Assembly: GCA_050261015.1 (NCBI GenBank)
Contig: JBLNCW010000003.1
Span: 12,295-76,294 of the forward strand
Length of the DNA: 64,000 bases
From: Rhodospirillales bacterium
Lineage (GTDB): Bacteria > Acidobacteriota > Terriglobia > Bryobacterales > Bryobacteraceae
Reading direction: 5' to 3'
A program made the translations under genes and the position numbers. Position 1 is the first letter of the stretch; the number at the start of each line of letters is the position of its first letter. Below the pieces are notes generated by a model. That model had not been told where the DNA came from. It searched no databases and saw only the letters and a program-made list of their open reading frames with translations. Positions 26,589 through 34,880 of this stretch are shown here, piece by piece.

Positions 26589-27926
26589 CTATTCGGGGGG
26601 CAATTCGAAATTCACCAGCTCGCCTTTGAAGCCTCGCGTTTTCCACGCCCCATAGCCTATGCCGGCCAGCATCCACGCCGCGCCGGCAAGCTGGGCCTTC
26701 CAGCTCAGGCTTAGCCATAAGGTAAGGCAGATCGCGAACCCGAACAGCGGCGGCAGCAGGTTCGTAAGCCGTTTCTGCTTCTCCCGCACGTAATAGCGGA
26801 CCAGCGCCGCCACGTTCACCCCCATGAACGCGATCAGCGCGCCAAAGTTCAGCATCTGCGCGCCCAAATCGTAGTCCATGATGAACGCGCCGCCCAGCGC
26901 CGCCGCGCCCACGAACATCACGTTATTCCTGGGAACGCGCCTCTTCGGATCCACCGCACCGAAAAACCGCTTCGGAAGCGCGTTGCTTCTCCCCATCCCG
27001 AACAGCAGGCGGGCCGCGCCCAACTGAGCCCCCATCCCCGACCCGAAGTTCGCCACCAGCAGCGTGACGCCAACCACGACGAACAGCGGCCCCCAGGCGC
27101 GCCCGGCGACGTGGACAAACGCGGTCGTCACATCCGGGAAGGGCTCCGACGCGGGCCACACCAGTTGCGCCGCGTAGACCTCAAGCGCCGACAGCCCACC
27201 GATCACCAGGCAGGTCAGCACCGTGGCCAGCAGGATATTCCGCCGCGGGTTCTTCGCTTCTTCCGACAGCGTCGAGATGCCGTCAAAGCCGATATAAGTG
27301 AGCACCGCGATCGACGTGCCCCCCAGCACCGCCCCCATCGAGAACGTGGACGGATCGTAGAACGGCCGCGTGAAGTCGGCCCCGTGCCCTGAGATGTACC
27401 GGGCCGCGGCCACAAAGAAGATCGCGATCACCACGCCCATTCCCGCCGCCAGGCCGGCGTTGATCTTCGCCGAAGTGCGAATCCCCAGCACGTTCAATCC
27501 CGTGAACACCAGCGCGAAAAAGACCGCCCACACGCCGTACGGGACTTCCGGCGCGAAAACGTGCGCCTGGCGGCTGATCCAGATGATGCAGATCATCGGG
27601 TTGAGCATGTAATCCATCACCATGCTCCAGCCCGTGACATAGCCCAGCGCGGGATTAATCTCCTGCCCGACGTAAGTGAACGCCGAACCTGCGCTCGGGT
27701 AGGCGCGCGCCATCCGCCCGTAGCTGATGGCCGTAAACATCATGCCGACCATCGCGATCAGCAGCGTGGTCACCACGTGCCCGCGTCCCCGCTCGCTCAG
27801 CACGCCGAACACCGACATCGGCGCCGTCGGCTGGATCACGATTACTCCGTACAGGATCAAATCCCACAATCCGAGGGCCCGCCGTAATCGCGGGCCGCCC
27901 TCCATTTTTGCCGGGCTGCTGGCCAT
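26589..27926 (-). CDS. APC-superfamily amino acid permease
   Basis: 445 aa with 12 predicted hydrophobic segments. The N-terminal LGLWDLILYGVIVIQPTAP is typical of APC permeases. An alternative start lies at 27905. Confidence 0.85.
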   Translation of the reverse strand: MASSPAKMEGGPRLRRALGLWDLILYGVIVIQPTAPMSVFGVLSERGRGHVVTTLLIAMVGMMFTAISYGRMARAYPSAGSAFTYVGQEINPALGYVTGWSMVMDYMLNPMICIIWISRQAHVFAPEVPYGVWAVFFALVFTGLNVLGIRTSAKINAGLAAGMGVVIAIFFVAAARYISGHGADFTRPFYDPSTFSMGAVLGGTSIAVLTYIGFDGISTLSEEAKNPRRNILLATVLTCLVIGGLSALEVYAAQLVWPASEPFPDVTTAFVHVAGRAWGPLFVVVGVTLLVANFGSGMGAQLGAARLLFGMGRSNALPKRFFGAVDPKRRVPRNNVMFVGAAALGGAFIMDYDLGAQMLNFGALIAFMGVNVAALVRYYVREKQKRLTNLLPPLFGFAICLTLWLSLSWKAQLAGAAWMLAGIGYGAWKTRGFKGELVNFELPPE

Positions 27927-27928
27927 GA

Positions 27929-29047
27929 TTGAACGATTGTGGCATGATCGATACGGTGCATGCAGTCTCGCGTTTCTTCCGGTCCTTCCTGAAACGCTTC
28001 TCCCAGCACTCGGTGACTCATGCCGGGCTCGTGTTCACTCTGGCCATTCTGCTGGTGGGCATCGCGGCGGCGGCCTCGGCGAACAACCTGCTTTTCCTCG
28101 TGCTGGCGGCGATGATCTCCACCCTCATGGTTTCCGGCCTCATCAGCCGCCTCTCGCTGGCCGGGCTGGAGTTGGATTTTGTCCTGCCCGAGCACATCAC
28201 CGCGCGCCGCAAGGCGATTGGGCGCCTCTACATCCGCAACACCAAGAGCTGGGTGCCGTCGTTTTCCGTCCACCTCAAAGGCTCGGAAGAGAACGTGCTC
28301 ACCACGCTTTACTTTCCCGTGGTGCCCGGCGGCGCCACCCTCGATGAAACCATCGAGGTCCGCTTCCCGCGCCGCGGCATCTATCGCGAAAGCGGGTTCC
28401 TCTTCACGACAGGCTTCCCCTTCGGATTCGTCGAACACCGGGCTCACGTGACGCTTCGCCGCGACGTGCTGGTGTACCCCTCCGTTCTCCCCCAGCCCGG
28501 GTTCGAGGACCTGCTGGCCGCCGTCCGCGGCGACCTGGAGACCCAATACCGCGGCCGCGGCCACGACTTTCACCGCATCCGCCCCTACGAGGCGCTCGAA
28601 TCCGCGCGGCACGTGGATTGGAAAGCAACCGCCAAGGTCGGCTCGCTCCAGGTACGCGAGTTTGCGCGCGAGCAGGAACGGCTGCTGGAGATTTTTCTCG
28701 ATCTGAACGTTCCCCTCGGGCGCGAGGAATGGTTCGAGCGGGCGGTGGACGCATGCGCTTTCCTGACCTGGCACATGGCCTCACAGGAGGCGCGCCTCCG
28801 TTTTCTTACCCAGGAGATCGATATCTCGGTGCCGGAAACGGGCGACGTCTACACGGTTCTGAGATACCTTGCGACCGTCTCGCACGCTCCGAACAAGCTT
28901 CCGGTGCCTCCCGGCGGCGAGACAAGCTGCAAAATCGTCTTCACTGCCTGCCGCGAGGACGCACTCGCCGAGGCGGGCTGGAGCCAGGCTCGCATCGTTC
29001 GCCCGGGCGCCCTCGGCGACCGGACGGAAAGCTCCCCGGGCGTTTAG
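27929..29047 (+). CDS. DUF58 domain protein (vWA-like), N-terminally membrane-anchored
   Basis: Two N-terminal TM helices. The signature is [36 protein letters not shown]. The ATG at 27944 is a likely alternative start. Confidence 0.75.
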   Translation: MNDCGMIDTVHAVSRFFRSFLKRFSQHSVTHAGLVFTLAILLVGIAAAASANNLLFLVLAAMISTLMVSGLISRLSLAGLELDFVLPEHITARRKAIGRLYIRNTKSWVPSFSVHLKGSEENVLTTLYFPVVPGGATLDETIEVRFPRRGIYRESGFLFTTGFPFGFVEHRAHVTLRRDVLVYPSVLPQPGFEDLLAAVRGDLETQYRGRGHDFHRIRPYEALESARHVDWKATAKVGSLQVREFAREQERLLEIFLDLNVPLGREEWFERAVDACAFLTWHMASQEARLRFLTQEIDISVPETGDVYTVLRYLATVSHAPNKLPVPPGGETSCKIVFTACREDALAEAGWSQARIVRPGALGDRTESSPGV

Positions 29048-29100
29048 CCGCGCGCGCTGAGCCCCTCCACGATGACGTCATAATGAATAGAGGTTCATCT

Positions 29101-29598
29101 ATGCGCATCGGAATCGCAGCCGATCACGCCGGTTTTCTGCTGAAGCAAGAGCTCCTGCCGCTGGTGGAGGGCCTTCACCACGAGGTGATTGACCTCGGGA
29201 CGCACAGCAGCACCGAACCGGACGACTACCCGGACTACGCCCTTGCCCTGGGCCGGCTCCTGGCCGGGGGGCGGGCGGAGCGCGGCATTCTCATCTGCGG
29301 CAGCGGTGTGGGCGCATCGGTGGCGGCCAATAAGATTCCCGGGATACGCGCCGGACTCTGCCATGACACCTATTCCGCGCGCCAGGGCGTCGAGCACGAC
29401 GATATCAACGTGCTGGTTCTCGGCGCGCGGGTCATCGGGAACGCTTTGGCAGGTGAACTGGTTGCGGACTTTCTCGAAGCGAGCTTCTCGGGAGAAGAGC
29501 GCCACCGCCGCCGTCTGGCCAAGGTCATGGAGATCGAGGCCCGGGGCCTTCAGGCCGGCGCTAACAAATCGGGCTCCGGATCGTCTAAGAAAGTGTGA
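29101..29598 (+). CDS. rpiB: ribose-5-phosphate isomerase B / RpiB-LacAB family sugar-phosphate isomerase
   Basis: [18 protein letters not shown]..., ...[23 protein letters not shown]..., ...NVLVLGARV... The upstream part of the 326-aa track ORF overlaps the DUF58 gene and was rejected. Confidence 0.85.
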   Translation: MRIGIAADHAGFLLKQELLPLVEGLHHEVIDLGTHSSTEPDDYPDYALALGRLLAGGRAERGILICGSGVGASVAANKIPGIRAGLCHDTYSARQGVEHDDINVLVLGARVIGNALAGELVADFLEASFSGEERHRRRLAKVMEIEARGLQAGANKSGSGSSKKV

Positions 29599-29852
29599 GG
29601 AATACCGGATCGAGCTGGAGGAGAAATCGCCTCGGGTTCTTCTTGATCGGGGCGCTCTGTCTGGCCGGCGTCAGCCGGAGCGAGCCGGCCAGACGATTCG
29701 TGAGTTCAGCGCGGCAGTTCGCAGTCTACTATCACACGCTGGAGCGGACCAGCGTACGGGCCGGATTCTGGGACAGAATTGCACTCAGCCTCGCCCTGGC
29801 AAGCGCGGGCTACTCCCAGGAGGAGACCTTAAAAGCTATCCCTTCTTCTTAG
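29595..29852 (+). CDS. possible small secreted hypothetical protein
   Basis: The GTG start overlaps the rpiB stop (GTGTGA). There is a signal-like segment [16 protein letters not shown] recognise no family, and it overlaps the convergent neighbour by 17 nt. Support is weak. Confidence 0.3.
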   Translation: MRNTGSSWRRNRLGFFLIGALCLAGVSRSEPARRFVSSARQFAVYYHTLERTSVRAGFWDRIALSLALASAGYSQEETLKAIPSS

Positions 29853-31146
29853 TAGTGCTCCGGGTAGCCTTCTTCGGGGGAGCAGGTTCCGGCCAGCCGA
29901 TGATGTTCTTTTTCTCAGCTTCGAAAGTCACCATGAAAGGCTCTTTCGTAAACTCGCTGGCCACGCCGCGGAACTGGATCTTCGTGCCCGGCTCGGGCGC
30001 TCCCGGAAGCGGCGTCTCGAACTTCAGCGTGACTTCAGGCGTGTGGGGGTTGCTGATCCCCAGGACCACCGTCTTGGCGGCGCGAGGCCCATCCTGGCTG
30101 ATTACGTGCCCCGTAAAGGCCGGCTGATCTTCCGGCGGGACCAGCGCGTTCTTCATGCTGGTTTCGAAGTACTGTGCGCCTTCTTCGCTCGTCAGCGCGC
30201 TCTTCAGTCTCACCCACAACGCGAGCGACGGATCGGCGGCTTCCAGCTCCTTTTCCTTCTGCGCAAGCACTTCCGCTTCGCTCAGAATGACGAAGCCCTC
30301 CGGCGGAAAGGCATTGGCCTTCGCAAGGTTGAGCAGGTTCTTCAATCCCTCCGGGTCTTCGCCATGATACGCGGTGTAATTCTTGGTGATGTAATCGAGG
30401 ATTTGCTTTCTCGCGTTTGCCTCGATTGCGCCGGGACCGTCATAGGCCGCCGCGCGCGCGAACTGAAACAGCGCGTCCGACTGGCGCTCCGGCTTCTTCT
30501 GGGCCAGAATTACGGTGCCGAGCCAATAAGACGCCTCGGCGTCGTTCGGGTGGATCTTGAGGTTTTGCGTCAGCTCTTTCTCCGCGCTCTCGTAATTCTT
30601 GCGCTGCATGTGAGTCCAGCCCAGAGTCCGGTGCCCCAGGGCTTCAAGATCCAGGCGCGCCTGCTTCCATGCCGATTCCGGCGTGGCTGCCGGTTTCTTT
30701 TCCATCGCGAACACTTCGTCCAGACTGCCAAGCAGTGTCTGCGCGGATTTTTCACCGAGAGCCAGGTTCGCCGGCGTCGGCTGCTCGCCTACTATCAAAA
30801 GATTGATGTAGTAGACGGCGGTGGTGTTCTTCGGGTCTTCCGTCAAAATCTCCTGTGCCGTCTCGAGCGCCTTCTGGCGGTTGGCCGCCGCGGCGTACGT
30901 CGTAACGAGTTTCTCCAGACGGCTGATTTTGAAATCCGAGGTGGGGTACTTCTCCTTCCACTGGTTCAGAAGCTCGATTTTCTTGTTCGGATCCTTCTCG
31001 GCCTCGATCGCCGTAAAGAGGTCATATTCCGCCCTGTCCTTCCAGTTCGGTTGCTTTTGCTGCTGCGCCTGTCCCCATGCAGCACCGAGGCCCAACGTGG
31101 AAGAGATCGCGACCGCCAGAATCGCTTTCGAAAATTGAATGCGCAC
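29836..31146 (-). CDS. secreted TPR-like/helical-repeat hypothetical protein
   Basis: Signal peptide MRIQFSKAILAVAISSTLGLGAAWGQ. The N-terminal half is helical-repeat, with TPR-like YYINLL..., LGWTHMQRKNYESAEKEL and ASYWLGTVIL. The C-terminal tail is lysine-rich. Confidence 0.65.
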   Translation of the reverse strand: MRIQFSKAILAVAISSTLGLGAAWGQAQQQKQPNWKDRAEYDLFTAIEAEKDPNKKIELLNQWKEKYPTSDFKISRLEKLVTTYAAAANRQKALETAQEILTEDPKNTTAVYYINLLIVGEQPTPANLALGEKSAQTLLGSLDEVFAMEKKPAATPESAWKQARLDLEALGHRTLGWTHMQRKNYESAEKELTQNLKIHPNDAEASYWLGTVILAQKKPERQSDALFQFARAAAYDGPGAIEANARKQILDYITKNYTAYHGEDPEGLKNLLNLAKANAFPPEGFVILSEAEVLAQKEKELEAADPSLALWVRLKSALTSEEGAQYFETSMKNALVPPEDQPAFTGHVISQDGPRAAKTVVLGISNPHTPEVTLKFETPLPGAPEPGTKIQFRGVASEFTKEPFMVTFEAEKKNIIGWPEPAPPKKATRSTTKKKG

Positions 31147-31544
31147 TCACGCCTCCTGAATTTTTCCCTTACGTGTTCCGCTCCTGTAAGGTTAATTTGT
31201 CAAACCGCTCCTCACCCGCGTGAGAACGGCGATGCGAACGTGCAATTGCGGAGTATAGCCGAATCAAACTACAGGGCGCAACATGTGGGTCCACCTTAAA
31301 TTAGACGCCTCGGAGCGGGATCCTGTTTCGGTTCCCGGGCGGCGCCGCAAGGCGGTTTCCGGATCGCCCAGGTCCTGCCTCCGGGCTCCTTGTTTACACA
31401 TTTTACCGAGTACGCCGTGCGCGCGGCTTTTCGCGGAAATTGAGGCCGCCGGGGAGCCGAAAACCCCGGGGAAGAGGCCGCCGCGGCGCGCCTGCTCGCA
31501 ATATTATGTAGTCAAGCCCCCAGGACCTTTGCTAGTGTAGAGCC

Positions 31545-33014
31545 TTGCGGCATCCCGATCTGGCAATCATCCTCATTTACCTCATCGGCATCACCTGGTT
31601 CGGGGCCCGTTTCCGCCGGAAGCAGAAAAGCCTGAAGGATTATTTCCTCGGCGGCCGGGCCGCCCCCTGGTGGGCGATTGCCCTTTCCATCGTGTCCGCA
31701 GAGACGAGCACGCTGACCATCATCGGCACTCCCACGCTCGCTTTTGGCGGGAATCTCGGGTTTCTCCAGCTCGTCCTCGGCTATCTACTCGCCCGGATCG
31801 TGATCTCCACCCTTTTTCTGCCCCAGTATTTCCGCGGCGAAATGTTTACCGCTTATGAGCTCATGCAGCGGCGCTTCGGAGGGCGCATCCGCCGCCTGAC
31901 CGCCGCCACCTTCCTGGTGGTGCGCGGCCTCGCCGAGGGCGTCCGGGTGTTTGCCATCTCGATCGTGATCTCCATCATCCTGGGAACAGGAGAACTGGCC
32001 TCTATTCTCCTGATTGTCGGCCTGACCCTTTTTTATACCTTCGAGGGAGGCATGACGGCGGTGATCTGGACGGACGTGGTGCAGATGTTCCTGTACGTTT
32101 TGGGCGCCGTCGTGAGCTTCTTTGTGATCCTCGACCACATCCCGGGAGGCTGGGCACACGTCGTGGCGGTGGCGGCGCCCGCGGGCAAGTTCCAGGTCTT
32201 CGATTTCGGTTTCCAGTTTTCGGCCGAGTTCTTTTCCCGCACGTATTCGTTTTGGGCCGGAATCATCGGCGGGTGTTTTCTCACGACGGCCAGTCACGGC
32301 ACAGAGCAGTTGATGGTGCAGCGGTTGCTCGCGGCGCGTTCGCAGGCGGAAAGCAGGCTGGCGCTGATCGCCAGTTGGGTTGTCATTTTCGTGCAATTCG
32401 CGCTGTTTTTGGTGATCGGCGTAATTCTGTATGTCTTTTACCGCGACACCGGCCTCGCGCCGCCTCGGCCGCCCGACCGGCTTTACCCGGCGTTCGTCTG
32501 GCAGTACCTGCCCCCCGGCCTCGCCGGGCTAGTCATGGCCGCCGTGCTGGCCGCCGCCATGTCCAATTTGAGCGCGGCGCTCAATTCGCTCTCCTCGACG
32601 ACCGTGATGGATTTTTATCGGGCATTCAAGGAGCGCCCCGGCAAGCCTGCGAATCCGGAGCGTTTTGAACGGTCGTATCTCCGGCTTGCACGCGGCGCCA
32701 CCGTGGTTTGGGGCATCGTGCTATTCGGAATCGGCAGCCTGGCCCGCCATTGGGGACCCGTTCTCGAAGCCGGCCTGGCCATCGCATCAATAGCCTACGG
32801 CGGGCTGCTCGGCGTTTTTCTGCTCGGGCTGCTCACCCGGCAGGTCGGCGAGAAGGCCGCTATTGCAGGCATGGCGGCTGGACTTGGCGCCGCCGTCTAC
32901 GTGAAATTCGGCACCTCGATCGCCTTCACCTGGTACGTTCTGATTGGCACCAGCGTCACTTTTCTGACGGGATGCCTCGCCTCATTGATCTGGAGGGAGC
33001 ACGCGCGTGATTGA
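31545..33014 (+). CDS. sodium:solute symporter family (SSF) transporter
   Basis: 489 aa with about 13 TM segments. YFLGGRAAPWWAIALSIVSAETSTLTIIG is the typical SSF N-terminal block. It uses a TTG start. Confidence 0.85.
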   Translation: MRHPDLAIILIYLIGITWFGARFRRKQKSLKDYFLGGRAAPWWAIALSIVSAETSTLTIIGTPTLAFGGNLGFLQLVLGYLLARIVISTLFLPQYFRGEMFTAYELMQRRFGGRIRRLTAATFLVVRGLAEGVRVFAISIVISIILGTGELASILLIVGLTLFYTFEGGMTAVIWTDVVQMFLYVLGAVVSFFVILDHIPGGWAHVVAVAAPAGKFQVFDFGFQFSAEFFSRTYSFWAGIIGGCFLTTASHGTEQLMVQRLLAARSQAESRLALIASWVVIFVQFALFLVIGVILYVFYRDTGLAPPRPPDRLYPAFVWQYLPPGLAGLVMAAVLAAAMSNLSAALNSLSSTTVMDFYRAFKERPGKPANPERFERSYLRLARGATVVWGIVLFGIGSLARHWGPVLEAGLAIASIAYGGLLGVFLLGLLTRQVGEKAAIAGMAAGLGAAVYVKFGTSIAFTWYVLIGTSVTFLTGCLASLIWREHARD

Positions 33015-34389
33015 AGACAAGCGGCCGCAGCCCGGCTTAAGGCGCGAACTGGGCATCTGGAGCGCCGCCTCGATCGTGGTCGGGACCGTGATCGGAAGCG
33101 GCATTTTCCTTGTCCCGCGGGACATGATCAATAATGTCGGCTCGCCGGGCCTTGTGTTCTGCGTGTGGATCGCCGGCGGCCTGCTCTCGCTGTTCGGCGC
33201 CCTCACCTACGCAGAACTCGCCGCCGCCATGCCGGAAGCCGGCGGCGAATACGTGTACCTGCGCGAGGCCTACGGGCCTTTCTGGGGCTACCTGTACGGC
33301 TGGACGCAAATGTGGGTCGCGAAAGCGGGGTCGGTGGCTACGCTGGCGACCGGCTTTTTTTATTACCTGGCGAATTTTCGGCCGGAACTGGACGGAATCC
33401 TTTTCGTGGTGCGACTCCCGATCGGGCCGGGCGGAGGGCCGCTCGAGGTGCGGTACGGCCAGTTGCTGGCGATGTCGGTGATTCTGATTCTCGCCGTCGT
33501 GAATTACCTGGGCGTGAGATTTGGCGGCGGTGTCCAGTTGGCGGTTACCGTGGCCAAGGTGGGTCTGATTGCGGCAATTATTGCGATCGGGCTGGGGGGC
33601 GGCCAGGGTTCGGCGGCGAATTACGCTTCGTCGATCCCGGTGGCCGGCGGCGTGGCCGGTTTTTTCGCCGCCCTGGTGGGCGCTCTGTGGGCTTATGACG
33701 GCTGGAACAACGTCAGCATGGTTGCATCGGAGATTCGCAGCCCGCAGCGCAGCCTTCCGGTCGCGCTGATCGCCGGAACGGCCCTGGTAATTGTTATTTA
33801 CGTGCTCACAAATCTGGCTTATTTCTACGTGCTTCCGGCTTCGGAAGTGGCCCGGAGCAGCCGCGTGGCTGCCGACATGATGGGGCGAATCTTCGGGTCC
33901 GCCGGAGCGGGCGCCGTCAGCATCGCGGCGATGGTTTCGATTTTCGCGGCTTTGAATGGGTCGCTTCTGTCAGGGGCGCGAGTGCCCTACGCGATGGCGC
34001 GGGACGGGCTGTTTTTCCGTCCGCTGGCGCGGGTCCACCCGGAATATCGGACGCCCGGCGTATCGATTTTGGTCCTCTCTGCGTGGTCGGCGCTGCTGGT
34101 CCTGAGCGGCCATTTCCGGCAGCTCTACACGTACGTTATTTTTGCCAGTTGGATTTTTTACGGCATGACGGCGGCGTCGGTATTAGTGCTGCGGAGGAAG
34201 CGGGCGGATATGAGGAGGCCATATAAGACGGTGGGATATCCGTGGGTACCAGTACTATTCGTACTAGGTTCGCTGGGGGTGGTTTTCTTCACCCTGCGGG
34301 AGTCGCCACGGGAGGCGCTCATGGGTTTGGGCCTGATTTTTCTGGGATTACCCTTTTATTTTCATTGGCGGCGCCGATTTTTGTGTTAA
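33007..34389 (+). CDS. APC-superfamily amino acid permease
   Basis: 460 aa. LGIWSAASIVVGTVIGSGIF and YAELAAAMPEAGGEYVYLREAYG form the canonical APC signature. It overlaps the SSF gene by 8 nt. Confidence 0.88.
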   Translation: MIEDKRPQPGLRRELGIWSAASIVVGTVIGSGIFLVPRDMINNVGSPGLVFCVWIAGGLLSLFGALTYAELAAAMPEAGGEYVYLREAYGPFWGYLYGWTQMWVAKAGSVATLATGFFYYLANFRPELDGILFVVRLPIGPGGGPLEVRYGQLLAMSVILILAVVNYLGVRFGGGVQLAVTVAKVGLIAAIIAIGLGGGQGSAANYASSIPVAGGVAGFFAALVGALWAYDGWNNVSMVASEIRSPQRSLPVALIAGTALVIVIYVLTNLAYFYVLPASEVARSSRVAADMMGRIFGSAGAGAVSIAAMVSIFAALNGSLLSGARVPYAMARDGLFFRPLARVHPEYRTPGVSILVLSAWSALLVLSGHFRQLYTYVIFASWIFYGMTAASVLVLRRKRADMRRPYKTVGYPWVPVLFVLGSLGVVFFTLRESPREALMGLGLIFLGLPFYFHWRRRFLC

Positions 34390-34461
34390 TCTTGAATTAA
34401 TCCTCCCCCGCCGGAGCGGTCCTAGTTCTGTACCAGCAGCAACGCCGCGTCAAACTTTTCT

Positions 34462-34477
34462 GTTCTGATTTCGGAAC
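34462..34477. promoter_or_regulatory. operator-like imperfect palindrome GTTCTGATTTCGGAAC (site 1)
   Basis: It matches site 2 at 14 of 16 positions. It lies 85 bp upstream of site 2 in a visibly AT-richer intergenic region. Confidence 0.35.
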
Positions 34478-34546
34478 AAAGGTCTTGAAAAGTCCTGAAA
34501 AGTGCGATAAAACACTTCTAGCATTCATGTTGGTTGCGAGTTCGGT

Positions 34547-34562
34547 GTTCTGAATTCAGAAC
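34547..34562. promoter_or_regulatory. operator-like perfect 16-bp palindrome GTTCTGAATTCAGAAC (site 2)
   Basis: Read directly. It lies 40 nt upstream of the preferred ATG (34602) of the small basic protein gene. Confidence 0.4.
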
Positions 34563-34601
34563 GCAGCTTCGATGAGAAGAACGAACTCGCGGGAGCAAAC
34601 G

Positions 34602-34805
34602 ATGGACGTGGCAAAAATTTTAGGCGAACTCCGTCAGGAACGCGAACAGATCGAGGAAGCGATCATTAGTTTGGAGCGATTGGCACGCGGGCGTGGCCGC
34701 CGCAGAGGGCGTCCGCCCGCCTGGCTGGCAATGGCTAAAAAACGTGGCCGGCCGGTGGGCAGCAAGAACAAGACCAACAATACTGCGAAGCCCGCGGTCG
34801 CCTGA
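34602..34805 (+). CDS. small basic hypothetical protein with coiled N-terminus and RGRP (AT-hook-like) motifs
   Basis: GGGAG is 6 nt upstream of ATG 34602, whereas the track start 34572 has no SD. The 67-aa product is MDVAKILGELRQEREQIEEAIISLERLARGRGRRRGRPPAWLAMAKKRGRPVGSKNK... Confidence 0.5.
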   Translation: MDVAKILGELRQEREQIEEAIISLERLARGRGRRRGRPPAWLAMAKKRGRPVGSKNKTNNTAKPAVA

Positions 34806-34880
34806 TAGCAAGCCGATGAGGGACACCCACCGGCGGGTATAGGGGAGGGCGAGTCGACCTATGTCCGGTTTGCTCGCCTT

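Noticed and set aside
28618-29100. Upstream extension of the rpiB ORF (326-aa track ORF).
   Set aside because: It overlaps the DUF58 gene 3' half and is low-complexity. The canonical RpiB N-terminus [11 protein letters not shown] begins at 29101.
31283-31540. 85-aa ORF in the long intergenic region upstream of the SSF transporter.
   Set aside because: It has no SD, an Arg/Pro/Cys-rich composition and no motif. It is kept only as part of the long-leader observation.
31147-31544. ZTP, glycine or other riboswitch in the SSF leader.
   Set aside because: Fragments such as CGGGCGG and CGCCCAGG only superficially resemble ZTP-motif elements. No full consensus for any riboswitch class could be aligned by eye.
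34462-34562. The twin palindromes considered as SOS (LexA) boxes.
   Set aside because: GTTC-N8-GAAC does not match the LexA consensus types I know (CTGT-N8-ACAG, GAAC-N4-GTTC, TGTTC-N4-GAACA, GTTC-N7-GTTC direct repeat). The downstream gene is not a known SOS gene. It is kept as an unknown operator.
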